This document shows, piece by piece, positions 27,411 through 37,578 of a stretch of 64,000 nucleotides of DNA. Each line of letters begins with the position of its first letter. Position 1 is the first letter of the stretch. The stretch comes from an uncultured bacterium (GTDB lineage Bacteria > Patescibacteriota > Minisyncoccia > Phycocordibacterales > PALSA-1337): positions 135,739 to 199,738 of the forward strand of contig CAIMDG010000002.1 of NCBI GenBank assembly GCA_903839725.1. Direction: 5' to 3'. The translations under genes were made by a program, and so were the position numbers. The notes under the pieces were generated by a model that saw only the letters and a program-made list of their open reading frames with translations, ran no database searches and had not been told where the DNA came from.

Positions 27411-28079
27411 AGCGGCAACATCCTTCTTAAATATCTCGCCTTTATATATCCAGACCTTGATACCAATATCTCCGTAGGTCATATGAGCCTTCTCGCGAGC
27501 GAAGTCGATATCTGCACGCAATGTCTGAAGAGGAATACGTCCTTTCTTGAGCTCTTCACTGCGGGCGATCTCAGCTCCACCCAAACGACCACCCAAACGA
27601 ATACGGATACCGAGAACTTCCTTGTTTGCCATAACCTTTTCGATGGTCTGCTTCATAACACGACGGAATGGGAGACGCTTTTCGAGAGCTTCAGCAATCA
27701 TGAGGCCAGTGATAGCGGCGTTTGATTCTGGAGTGCGGATTTCTTCGATATCGAGCTTGAGTTCCTGACCCTTGAGTTCAACCTTATTATCACGGAGGAG
27801 TTTGAGGAGCTTTTCGCGGAGCTTAACAACACCGTCACCAGCCTTACCGATGAGCATACCTGGACGTGATGTCTTCACGATGACACGGAGAGCCTTTTGA
27901 TTGCGTTCAATGTCGAGACCACCGAGATAGAATGAGCGGAGTTCTTTGTGGAGGAATTCACGGATGATGAGGTCCCCTTTCAAAGCACTACGATATGCTT
28001 TGTCAGTACCAAACCAACGACTCTTCCAGTCGCGAATGATTCCAAGTCTATGAGAATATGGGTGTACGGTGTGTGACAT
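27405..28079 (-). CDS. rpsC: 30S ribosomal protein S3
   Basis: 224 aa. KH-domain GKAGDGVVKLREKL, then LKGQELKLDIEEIRTPESNAAITGLMIAEALE and GIKVWIYKGEIF in the C-terminal domain. Sits between rplV and rplP in S10-operon order. Confidence 0.93.
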   Translation of the reverse strand: MSHTVHPYSHRLGIIRDWKSRWFGTDKAYRSALKGDLIIREFLHKELRSFYLGGLDIERNQKALRVIVKTSRPGMLIGKAGDGVVKLREKLLKLLRDNKVELKGQELKLDIEEIRTPESNAAITGLMIAEALEKRLPFRRVMKQTIEKVMANKEVLGIRIRLGGRLGGAEIARSEELKKGRIPLQTLRADIDFAREKAHMTYGDIGIKVWIYKGEIFKKDVAAK

Positions 28080-28083
28080 AGTA

Positions 28084-28455
28084 TTACTTATTGTTTTTCT
28101 TAGCTTTTACCTTTGGAGCCTTTGCTTCTGCGGCAGCAAGAGTAATAGTAACGTGACTTGTGCGCTTCTTGATAGGAAATGCTGAACCACGTGCCATTGG
28201 CTGACTGCGCTTCAAAACAAAACCCTGATCAACACGAATCTCTTTTACAAAAAGACTGTCTGCGGTGATTTTGAAATTGTGTGATGCATTTGCAACAGCT
28301 GAATCGAGCAAATCTGCCAAAGGATGCTTTGCAGCTTTTGTTGCACCAACAAGAATAATCTTGGCTTGTGCGACATTTTTGCCACGAATCATATCAGCAA
28401 CGAGACGAACCTTGCGTGGTGAAATTCTGTAATTTTTGAGAGATGCAGTAATCAT
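28084..28455 (-). CDS. rplV: 50S ribosomal protein L22
   Basis: MITASLKNYRISPRKVRLVADMIRGKNV is L22. Confidence 0.9.
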   Translation of the reverse strand: MITASLKNYRISPRKVRLVADMIRGKNVAQAKIILVGATKAAKHPLADLLDSAVANASHNFKITADSLFVKEIRVDQGFVLKRSQPMARGSAFPIKKRTSHVTITLAAAEAKAPKVKAKKNNK

Positions 28456-28464
28456 GTCAGTGTA

Positions 28465-28818
28465 TTATTTTTTTGGTGCAGTAGCTGAAGTAGCTGCTTC
28501 CTTTGCTGATTTTGCAGCATTCATTTCTGCTTCCTTGGCTTTCAATTCGAGTTCCTTTTGCATCTTACCTCCATGACGTACGAACTTGCGTGTAGGTGCA
28601 AATTCACCGAGGCGGTGTCCAACCATATCCTCGGTGACCAATACTTCTACGTGTACGCGACCATTATGAACTCCAAATGTGAATCCGACCATTTCTGGTG
28701 AAATCTGAGAACGGCGTGACCATGTCTTAATAACCCCAGCTGTTGCAGGTTTCTTGCCTGAGATTTTAGTCAGGAGTCTCTCTTCGATATAGGGTCCTTT
28801 TTTAAGCGATCGTGCCAT
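28465..28818 (-). CDS. rpsS: 30S ribosomal protein S19 with a Lys/Ala-rich C-terminal extension
   Basis: [16 protein letters not shown]...[13 protein letters not shown] is the S19 core, followed by the tail [28 protein letters not shown]. Confidence 0.92.
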   Translation of the reverse strand: MARSLKKGPYIEERLLTKISGKKPATAGVIKTWSRRSQISPEMVGFTFGVHNGRVHVEVLVTEDMVGHRLGEFAPTRKFVRHGGKMQKELELKAKEAEMNAAKSAKEAATSATAPKK

Positions 28819-28935
28819 AAAATATTATCGTAATGTTGAAAAGTAGAATAAAAGAAGCTCCGATGAGCTCGACAAGTATGCTAACAGAATGAGTATATGA
28901 AGTCAAGGATGTGGCTTGAATATAAGGCGAGAATG

Positions 28936-28975
28936 AAAAAGCCGCCCTCCATATTGCGAGGGCGGCGGTGATTTT
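28936..28975 (-). terminator. Intrinsic terminator after the LysA-like gene, immediately upstream of the rpsS leader
   Basis: gccgccctc catattgc gagggcggc, a 9 bp GC stem followed on the minus strand by ttttt. Confidence 0.7.
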
Positions 28976-28983
28976 ACGGGACG

Positions 28984-30300
28984 TTAGCCGAGGTGAATGA
29001 TGTGCTCATCTCCTTCGAGACCGAGATGGCGCGCATTCAAATCATCATACGTTTCCGCACGACAGATTCGGCGAACATTGCCGAGACCGTCGAGGAGTAA
29101 TTCCTGCGGACGACAACGGCCGTTGTAATTGAAACCCATGGCCGAGCCGTGCGCACCAGTATCGTGGGTGATAAAGAGATCCCCTTCACGAGGATCCGGC
29201 AGCATGCCCTTTTTGAGCACCAGATCACAGCCTTCGCAGATGGGGCCGGCACCAGAGACTTCAATAATTGGACGACTACCTTCGCCGATCAGAAAACCAT
29301 CTTGCTCCAACACGGTGCAGTGGTGATAGGCTTTGGAATACATACCAACACGCATGAGCGCGGGCATGGCAACTTGGAGACCGGCGAATTCGATATATTT
29401 GCGATATCGATTGATCACGCGGTTGACCAATACTCCATGGGGGCCAGTTACGAAACGGCCACTTTCCATGAAGAGAGACGGCACAAAACCGTTAAGTTCA
29501 AAAAATTGAACTGCTGATTCCTTGCACTCAGTGGCGAAGGCCTCGAGGTCGAATGGTGTATCACCGGGGCGATACGGAATACCCAAACCGCCACCAACAT
29601 TGACGAATTCGAGTTCGATACCGAGCTCGTCAAGCAAACGCTTCGCAATATCGAGAAGCAACTTATAGGTCGCGACCAAATTCGTATAATCGAGGTTATT
29701 CGAACACACCATCGTGTGTAAACCGAAACGTGTTGCGCCGGCCTGATAGGCTTGGCGATACGCTTCGACGATCAGTTCGATCGGAACACCATACTTGGAA
29801 TCAGGGTCAGCCATGCTGCGCATATCCTTCGAACCGTCAGCCGAGGAAACGCCCGGATGTAACCGAAAAGAAATGAGATTCGGAAATGGGCCGAGAGCTT
29901 GAACTTTTTTGATGTATTCAATTCCGTCGAGGTTGAGGATGCAGCCACCACAAGAACGCAGCGCTTCGATCAACTCCTCTTCCGAGGTGTCGTTCGAAGT
30001 GAACATGATATCCTCCGGTCGGGCTCCGGCGTAGCGAGCCAAACGGAGTTCAGGAATGGAGCTGCAGTCGAAGCCGCAGTCTTCAGATTTGATGATGTCC
30101 ATGATTGCCGGCTTGGGAAGCGCCTTGACCGCGTAGAACTCCTTGAAGTCCATCTGGCGGAAGCTGAATGCATTCTTCAAGGTGCGGAGTGTATCCCGGA
30201 TTCCTGGCTCATAGTAAATATGGTAGGGCGGAGCGAATTTTTTGTTGATCGCAGCGAGCTTTGGAAAAAGCGCCTGCATGAATTCTTGACTCATTGGCAT
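28984..30300 (-). CDS. PLP-dependent fold-III decarboxylase (Orn/DAP/Arg decarboxylase family; LysA-like, carboxynorspermidine decarboxylase not excluded)
   Basis: YAVKA (PLP lysine), VNVGGGLGIPY, ESGRFV, GPICEGCD and HDTGAHGSAMGFNYNGR motifs. 438 aa. Markedly GC-richer than the flanking r-protein genes. Confidence 0.6.
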   Translation of the reverse strand: MPMSQEFMQALFPKLAAINKKFAPPYHIYYEPGIRDTLRTLKNAFSFRQMDFKEFYAVKALPKPAIMDIIKSEDCGFDCSSIPELRLARYAGARPEDIMFTSNDTSEEELIEALRSCGGCILNLDGIEYIKKVQALGPFPNLISFRLHPGVSSADGSKDMRSMADPDSKYGVPIELIVEAYRQAYQAGATRFGLHTMVCSNNLDYTNLVATYKLLLDIAKRLLDELGIELEFVNVGGGLGIPYRPGDTPFDLEAFATECKESAVQFFELNGFVPSLFMESGRFVTGPHGVLVNRVINRYRKYIEFAGLQVAMPALMRVGMYSKAYHHCTVLEQDGFLIGEGSRPIIEVSGAGPICEGCDLVLKKGMLPDPREGDLFITHDTGAHGSAMGFNYNGRCRPQELLLDGLGNVRRICRAETYDDLNARHLGLEGDEHIIHLG

Positions 30301-30520
30301 AATTTTTTGTATTCAATTGTTGTAGCGATACTACTGTTTTTTGACACATATCGCCGATACTGTGTCTGAACGAAGACTACTGATAATACTGAATACTGTC
30401 AAGAAACGCCCGAAATCTGGACCCGTACTATTCTTGACACAAACTCACTCAAAAGGTAGAAATACCCCAGGACTGCCGTATTGTTACGGTAGTAGAAAAC
30501 TCAAAACCACATACTGACAC

Positions 30521-31024
30521 ATGAATACCCCTAAAAATACATTGATACGCACAGCGACCCTCGAAGTCTTTGAAATGTTCGGCCCGTTATTCGAGGACCG
30601 TTTCATTACCCAAGTTGAAGGGCGTGTGGCGGCAGTCATCACCGTTCTCAACCCGCACCACACGCGTGAAAACAGCCACCAACCGATGGTGCTCGAAAGC
30701 ATCATCCTCGGTAATAAAGATGTTTCCAAATGGCAACACCCCTACAATGAATACGCTGAAGCGAAGGCCAAGGCTGCCTGGCGGTCTGCGCGATCAAATC
30801 ACCTCATATTCGCCGGCGCTCCGCATCTGATCGAATCTGACGATTTCAAATTCGCCGGTGGCGTCTATGATGACGGTATCGTGGTTGCCACGAGCGGCCT
30901 CAAATGCTGGGAAGATGATCTGTTTGTCTCCCAAGTCGTCGCCTCGGCCATCAAAGCACACGTAATCAAGACGGCAAATCCTGTGATCAATGAGCCGAAG
31001 AAGGCTGATTTGTTTTTCCGGTAA
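30521..31024 (+). CDS. Hypothetical protein (167 aa), GC-rich
   Basis: ORF with coding-like composition and no recognised family. Confidence 0.45.
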   Translation: MNTPKNTLIRTATLEVFEMFGPLFEDRFITQVEGRVAAVITVLNPHHTRENSHQPMVLESIILGNKDVSKWQHPYNEYAEAKAKAAWRSARSNHLIFAGAPHLIESDDFKFAGGVYDDGIVVATSGLKCWEDDLFVSQVVASAIKAHVIKTANPVINEPKKADLFFR

Positions 31025-31151
31025 TCGTCATGATTACCATTGCACCGTTCCCTCTCGTAGGGAACGGTTTTTTATTTCATCATTCTTGGACAAAAAATAT
31101 ATATGAGAAACGCCGCCCAGTTGAAGCCGGGCGGCGTGCGATAGTGAACTA

Positions 31152-32357
31152 TTATTCGTAGGAAACTTTGGCGGCGGCGAAACCTGCCTCAATTTCCTCG
31201 ATCTGGGCACCAACATCCGTGGCACAAATGGCATACCGAATCCACTTGTCGAACGGGATACCGCAGAGGCCGGTATTATCCGTCATGATGTTGTTAAACT
31301 CCTCACCATTGGCGATGTCCTGACCAAATGCCTTCGTTGGGGCATCGAACAGTAAGAAGAAGCCCGCTTCCGGTTTGACGGCGAGGCGCATGCCCCGACG
31401 TTTCAAAACTGACGCGACGAGATCGAGACGTTCGGCATACACCTGATGAACTTCCTCGATACGATCGCGGTGCTTTTCGAAGACATCGAGCACGCCTGCC
31501 GCCGCAAAAGCGACGAAGCCACTGTCGAGATTACCCTTGATCTGGGTAACGTCCGCGATGAATTCGGGTGAACCCGCCATTGCCCCGACGCGCCAGCCAG
31601 TAAAGTTACCAGCCTTCGAGGCAGAGAATGCTTCGATCCAATTCAGATCGCGGAATTCAAGAGCCACATCAGTCAACGTTACCGACTCGGGGCTGTTACT
31701 CAAGATGTGATATGCCCCGTCGTTAACAAGACGGACACCACGATCAGAACAGAAACGACACAGATTCGTGAGCCAATCACGCTTGGCAATGATGCCGGTC
31801 GGATTTTCCGGGAAGTTTAAGCAAATCATGTCGCCTTCGGTGATACCGATAAGGCTCTCCGGAGAAAACAGAAATCCCTTCTTGGGATCCAGCGGTAGCT
31901 CCACCTGTTGGATGCCCTTGATGGCACCGCAGACATATGCGGGCGTCGGATAACCAGGATTCGTCATGGTATAAACTCGCGACAATGAACCGGGACGTTC
32001 CCAGGTGCCGAGAGATTCCACCAACACCTGCAACATCGGTTTGATGCCCGGAATCGGTAGGTAGCTGATGACGTCCGCAGCATAATCCTTCAAATCACGC
32101 ACGACATGACACTGCACAAAACGACGCGCGAAGTCGGGGACACCCGGCGACCCGTTGTCCTGGTATTCATGCATCGCTTCACTGTCAGACATGACTGCGG
32201 CGGCGGCGGCCATGCGGGCCTCCAAAATGGCAGGTCCAGCTGGCTGGCCGACGGTGAGGTTGATGATTTTCTTGCCGGCAGCCATAGCTTCGGCGCGCTT
32301 GGACTTCGAACGTTGAAACACGTTCGGGGGAGCACTGGATAGGAGTCTTTCTCTCAT
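31152..32357 (-). CDS. Class I/II PLP aminotransferase (LL-diaminopimelate aminotransferase DapL-like; tentative)
   Basis: Aminotransferase fold with SASKAGNFTGWRVG (PLP-lysine motif of the SxSKxxGxxGxRxG type). About 400 aa. GC-rich. The start may be the internal MAAGKK (32285). Confidence 0.6.
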   Translation of the reverse strand: MRERLLSSAPPNVFQRSKSKRAEAMAAGKKIINLTVGQPAGPAILEARMAAAAAVMSDSEAMHEYQDNGSPGVPDFARRFVQCHVVRDLKDYAADVISYLPIPGIKPMLQVLVESLGTWERPGSLSRVYTMTNPGYPTPAYVCGAIKGIQQVELPLDPKKGFLFSPESLIGITEGDMICLNFPENPTGIIAKRDWLTNLCRFCSDRGVRLVNDGAYHILSNSPESVTLTDVALEFRDLNWIEAFSASKAGNFTGWRVGAMAGSPEFIADVTQIKGNLDSGFVAFAAAGVLDVFEKHRDRIEEVHQVYAERLDLVASVLKRRGMRLAVKPEAGFFLLFDAPTKAFGQDIANGEEFNNIMTDNTGLCGIPFDKWIRYAICATDVGAQIEEIEAGFAAAKVSYE

Positions 32358-32507
32358 GTTATGTTGTCTTTCAATAGCCTAGTTATATGTGATGAACATC
32401 GAGACGGCTACCTCTCGAGATCTTGTGTAAGACTACTTGAAATCATGATTTTGTCAACTGGATACACAAAAATGCCCTCCATTGAGGGCATTATATTTCA
32501 TATTAAC

Positions 32508-33017
32508 TTATTTTGGCTGTCTTTTCTTCTTATAGAAATTCTTGGACTCTCTCGTAATGGCAAGGATAGAAATCACTGCAATATATGAACCACTTACTTC
32601 GATAGGCATACGATATGTTGGATGTGTGATCACATTCGCCACGATAATATACAAAATAAGCACAGTCCACACGATCAAATACAATTCACCTGGATGAATC
32701 GATGTATGCATGTGGTGCCAACGACGAAATTCTTTTTCTGCACTATAGATAGCTAGGGCTGCGCCGTAAATTCCTGCGATGGCCAATAAAATCTCATTAT
32801 CAGCAAGAAAATTTTCATTATAAAAATCGTACACAATAGCTACGAAGAATATAAATGTCCAGAAATTGACCAGCATGCGCCATGCCCCGAATGTACCTAT
32901 TCTGCGAATTAATTTGAATATATTAAACATGTGCATGAAGTGAATATGCTTCTCTTTATTCATGAGGTGCAATAAATAGCACTGCAATATATTCGATAAC
33001 TCCTTTAACTTTTTCAA
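32508..33017 (-). CDS. Hypothetical membrane protein (low GC)
   Basis: 169 aa with 3-4 hydrophobic helices. Confidence 0.5.
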   Translation of the reverse strand: MKKLKELSNILQCYLLHLMNKEKHIHFMHMFNIFKLIRRIGTFGAWRMLVNFWTFIFFVAIVYDFYNENFLADNEILLAIAGIYGAALAIYSAEKEFRRWHHMHTSIHPGELYLIVWTVLILYIIVANVITHPTYRMPIEVSGSYIAVISILAITRESKNFYKKKRQPK

Positions 33018-33043
33018 CTAGTTTTTCAAACATATAATGGGAT

Positions 33044-33075
33044 TAGTATAACAAAAAACAGGAAGTGGTGCTCCC
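33044..33075. terminator. Hairpin terminator between the rplB end and the membrane-protein gene start
   Basis: aaaaaacaggaag tggtgc tccctgttttttg (stem with 1 mismatch, A/T-run flanks). Confidence 0.55.
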
Positions 33076-33100
33076 TGTTTTTTGTGTAAAAGTAAATAAA

Positions 33101-33952
33101 TTAATCTGACTTTTTCTTCTTGCCAACCTGACGTCGTGACACAACAAAGATATTTGAGTACTTCTTTGGAGTACGAGTCTTCTGGCCCTTTCCTGCTGGC
33201 TTACCCCAACGAGTCTTGAGGCGGCGAAGACCACGACCCTGACGCTGTTCACCTCCACCGTATGGGTGATCCACTGGGTTCTGGGCTGTACCACGAACTG
33301 TTGGGCGAATACCCATCCAACGTGTACGACCAGCTTTACCGATGTTAACGAGGCGATTTTCTTCGTTTGAAACTGCACCGATACTTGCCCATGCATCTTC
33401 GTGAACCTTGCGAACTTCACTTGAAGGCATCTTGATGTGTGTGTAACCTGCATCGTTAGCAACAACCTGAGCAAATGAACCTGCTGAACGAACGAGCTTG
33501 GCACCACTACCTGGCTTGATTTCGATATTGTAAATAAATGTACCGACAGGAATATTCTTGAGTGGGAGGCGGTTACCTGTTTCGATAGGAGCCTTTTCTG
33601 AAGTGATGAAAGAGTTTCCAACTTTCATTGTTTTTGGAGCAAGAACGTAACGCTTTGCACCATCCTTGTATGCAACAAGAGCGATGTATCCTGTACGGAA
33701 TGGATCGTACTCAATAGTCTTTACTGTCGCAATGATATCCTTCTTGTCATACATGAAGTCGATGATGCGATAGAGCTTCTTGTGTCCTCCACCCTTGTGG
33801 CGAACAGTGATGCGACCAAAGGCGTTACGACCCATGTCACGCTTGAAACCGAGCGTCAAAGGCTTGTACGGCTCTGAGGCGGTAAGGTACTGCTTGAATG
33901 GCAATACGGTCATGTGGCGACGAGATTTTGTTGTTGGGCGGAATGATTTCAT
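33101..33952 (-). CDS. rplB: 50S ribosomal protein L2
   Basis: MKSFRPTTKSRRHMTVLPF ... HKGGGHKKLYR is L2. Confidence 0.93.
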   Translation of the reverse strand: MKSFRPTTKSRRHMTVLPFKQYLTASEPYKPLTLGFKRDMGRNAFGRITVRHKGGGHKKLYRIIDFMYDKKDIIATVKTIEYDPFRTGYIALVAYKDGAKRYVLAPKTMKVGNSFITSEKAPIETGNRLPLKNIPVGTFIYNIEIKPGSGAKLVRSAGSFAQVVANDAGYTHIKMPSSEVRKVHEDAWASIGAVSNEENRLVNIGKAGRTRWMGIRPTVRGTAQNPVDHPYGGGEQRQGRGLRRLKTRWGKPAGKGQKTRTPKKYSNIFVVSRRQVGKKKKSD

Positions 33953-33963
33953 GTGAGTAAATA

Positions 33964-34359
33964 TTATACAAAGTCTATCTTATCGCCCTTTTTGAGAGTA
34001 ACGATGGCCTTGCGAATGCCGCCGACAACTCCACGACGACCACGAATAAAAACTTTCTTTGCTGGTGAATTGACGATAGCAACCTTGACTGGAGTAACTT
34101 TGTACAAAGCTACAACAGCTTTTGCTACGAGATTCTTGTTTGCATTTGGTGCAATTTCAAATGTATATACACCTGTCTGACTCAAGAGACCTGACTTCTC
34201 AGTGATACGTGGGCGGAGAATCATGTCACTTACTGAAGCAACTACTCCTGTCGAAGCGATAACAGCTGGTGTTGCTGCTTTTACAGCCTTAACCGTCTTC
34301 ACAGCCTTGGTTGTCACCTTCTTCTCTGTCGTATTTTTTTTTGTTCCAAAGATAGCCAT
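33964..34359 (-). CDS. rplW: 50S ribosomal protein L23 with a roughly 40 aa Lys/Ala/Thr-rich N-terminal extension
   Basis: ...MILRPRITEKSGLLSQTGVYTFEIAPNANK is the L23 core, preceded by TEKKVTTKAVKTVKAVKAATPAV. Confidence 0.88.
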   Translation of the reverse strand: MAIFGTKKNTTEKKVTTKAVKTVKAVKAATPAVIASTGVVASVSDMILRPRITEKSGLLSQTGVYTFEIAPNANKNLVAKAVVALYKVTPVKVAIVNSPAKKVFIRGRRGVVGGIRKAIVTLKKGDKIDFV

Positions 34360-34363
34360 GATA

Positions 34364-35038
34364 TTAAGAAATCTTAGCGGACAAATTCTTCACTGCTGCT
34401 TCAGGATTTGAAATAATCAAATATGTAGCATTGAGAATTGATACCGGATTGATATTGCGGAACTCTTCGACTGAGACGTTACCGAAGTTACTGAAACTCT
34501 TGGTGACTGCATCTGACTTTGTATCAAGTGCAATAACTGCTGCGTTGACTTTCTTGGTAGAAAGCTTTTCAAAGCCCTTGATGCCTGCGAGTGCAGTGAT
34601 AACTGCCTGTGCATCCTTTGACTTTGGTGCTTTGAAATCAATTGAATCAACAAAAATGATTTGTCCATCCTTGAACTTACGTGACAAAACAGTAAACAAA
34701 GCCTTAATACGAACTTGCTTGTTGATCTTACGTGAAAAATTCTTGTCATTGCGTGGACCGTGTGCGACTCCTCCACCAACCCAGATAGGTGAGCGTGAAG
34801 AACCGTGACGAGCGCGACCAGTACCCTTCTGTTTCCATGGCTTCTTTCCTCCACCACTTACATCACCACGAGTCTTTGTGTGAGCAACGTTAGTACGTGA
34901 ATTTGAATTCATGAGACGAACAACTTCGTGCACGAGGTCAGCATTCCATGGCACACCGAAAATACTTTCGGGAAGTTTGATCTTTCCTGCTCCGGTACCC
35001 TTTTGATTGTATATTGTAGCTTCCATTGTAGTATTCAT
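34364..35038 (-). CDS. rplD: 50S ribosomal protein L4
   Basis: ...TRGDVSGGGKKPWKQKGTGRARHGS is the L4 signature. Confidence 0.92.
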   Translation of the reverse strand: MNTTMEATIYNQKGTGAGKIKLPESIFGVPWNADLVHEVVRLMNSNSRTNVAHTKTRGDVSGGGKKPWKQKGTGRARHGSSRSPIWVGGGVAHGPRNDKNFSRKINKQVRIKALFTVLSRKFKDGQIIFVDSIDFKAPKSKDAQAVITALAGIKGFEKLSTKKVNAAVIALDTKSDAVTKSFSNFGNVSVEEFRNINPVSILNATYLIISNPEAAVKNLSAKIS

Positions 35039-35043
35039 TGCTT

Positions 35044-35655
35044 TTATTTCTCTGAGACGACCTCAACCAAGGTACCTCTTCGACCAGGTAATGCTCCCGA
35101 AACATACATGATGTTCTCTTCTGGGTCAATATGTGCAACGTGGAGGTTTCTCACGGTAATGCGATCACTACCCATGCGACCCGCCATGCGCATACCTACT
35201 GGAACGTGTGTACGCAAACCGCCTCCGATAGAACCAGGCTCACGCTCTGAGTGCTTCTGACCGTGAGAACGAGGTCCTCCGCCGAATCCGTGACGCTTCA
35301 CAACACCTTGGAAGCCCTTACCTTTTGAGATGGCACTTACGGTAACATTTTCACCAACAGCGAACTGTGAGATTTCGATTTTGTCACCAACCTTTGCAGT
35401 TGGAGCATCGATGCGGAATTCGCGAACAGTCGCAAATGATCCCATATCTTTGAAATGACCCTTCTGAGGTTTGTTGATGCGATTTGGGTTGCGAGAACCT
35501 TCACCGATCTGAACAGCTTCATAGCCATCAACGTCTTTTGTACGAACTTGAGTAACTACATTTGCTCGCACAGAAACAGCGGTAACAGGAATAGCCGCAC
35601 CGTTGGCGGTGAAGATCTGTGTCATATTCAGCTTTCGTCCAAGAATGAATTTCAT
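35044..35655 (-). CDS. rplC: 50S ribosomal protein L3
   Basis: MKFILGRKLNMTQIFTANGAAIPVT ... GKGFQGVVKRHGF is L3. Confidence 0.93.
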   Translation of the reverse strand: MKFILGRKLNMTQIFTANGAAIPVTAVSVRANVVTQVRTKDVDGYEAVQIGEGSRNPNRINKPQKGHFKDMGSFATVREFRIDAPTAKVGDKIEISQFAVGENVTVSAISKGKGFQGVVKRHGFGGGPRSHGQKHSEREPGSIGGGLRTHVPVGMRMAGRMGSDRITVRNLHVAHIDPEENIMYVSGALPGRRGTLVEVVSEK

Positions 35656-35733
35656 GTCAGTGATTTAGAGGAATAGAGCGAAGACGCAATGAAGTGAAGA
35701 TGTTCTTCACTTCATACGTATTCACTTTTCAAT

Positions 35734-36117
35734 TTACATCATCTTTACGTCTATGTTTACGCCTGATGGCAAACTTAGATTGGTTAAAGCTTCGATAACC
35801 TTCGGATTTGGGTTGATAATGTCGATCAAGCGCTTGTGAACACGCATTTCGAACTGTTCACGAGAGTTCTTGTCGATAAATGAAGAACGGTTGACTGTGT
35901 ACTTCTTGATCTCTGTAGGCAATGGAACTGGACCGTGGATAGTTGCATCATAACGAGCAGCTGTATCCATAATCTGTTTCAAAGAAGCATCAAGAATCTT
36001 GTGTTCGTACGCACGAACGCGGATGCGTAGGTGTGGAACTTCAGTTGCAGCTTTCGCTGCGCGAGCACGAACTGGCTTTGCTGTTGCCTTTTTTGTTGTT
36101 TCTTTAGTAGTAGTCAT
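35734..36117 (-). CDS. rpsJ: 30S ribosomal protein S10 with a roughly 25 aa N-terminal K/A-rich extension
   Basis: LRIRVRAYEHKILDASLKQIMDTAARYDATIHGPVPLPT is S10. Confidence 0.92.
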   Translation of the reverse strand: MTTTKETTKKATAKPVRARAAKAATEVPHLRIRVRAYEHKILDASLKQIMDTAARYDATIHGPVPLPTEIKKYTVNRSSFIDKNSREQFEMRVHKRLIDIINPNPKVIEALTNLSLPSGVNIDVKMM

Positions 36118-36139
36118 GTTCTTTCACTTACGTGCGCAA

Positions 36140-37327
<1,188 letters not shown>

Positions 37328-37509
37328 ATGATTATTGATGTAGTGCTTTAGTTCGCATTATTTAGGCGTGAAGCCAAACAGCGAGAACCAAAGATACATT
37401 GTTAATAGTTTATAAACGACTTATAAAACGCCTAGGTAGGCGAATAGGAACCATACTATCACATAGTGAAAAGTTGTCAAATTTATGTGAGATTAGGCCT
37501 TTCATACAC

Positions 37510-37544
37510 AAAAACCACCTACCCTATCAGGAGAGGCGGTTTTA
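37510..37544 (-). terminator. Intrinsic terminator after the 771 aa surface-protein gene
   Basis: On the minus strand: aaaccgcctctcct gata gggtaggtggttttt (stem with G-U pairs, then a T-run). Confidence 0.5.
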
Positions 37545-37578
37545 GTTAAATTAATTATCTGCCCTGGAACAACAACTA

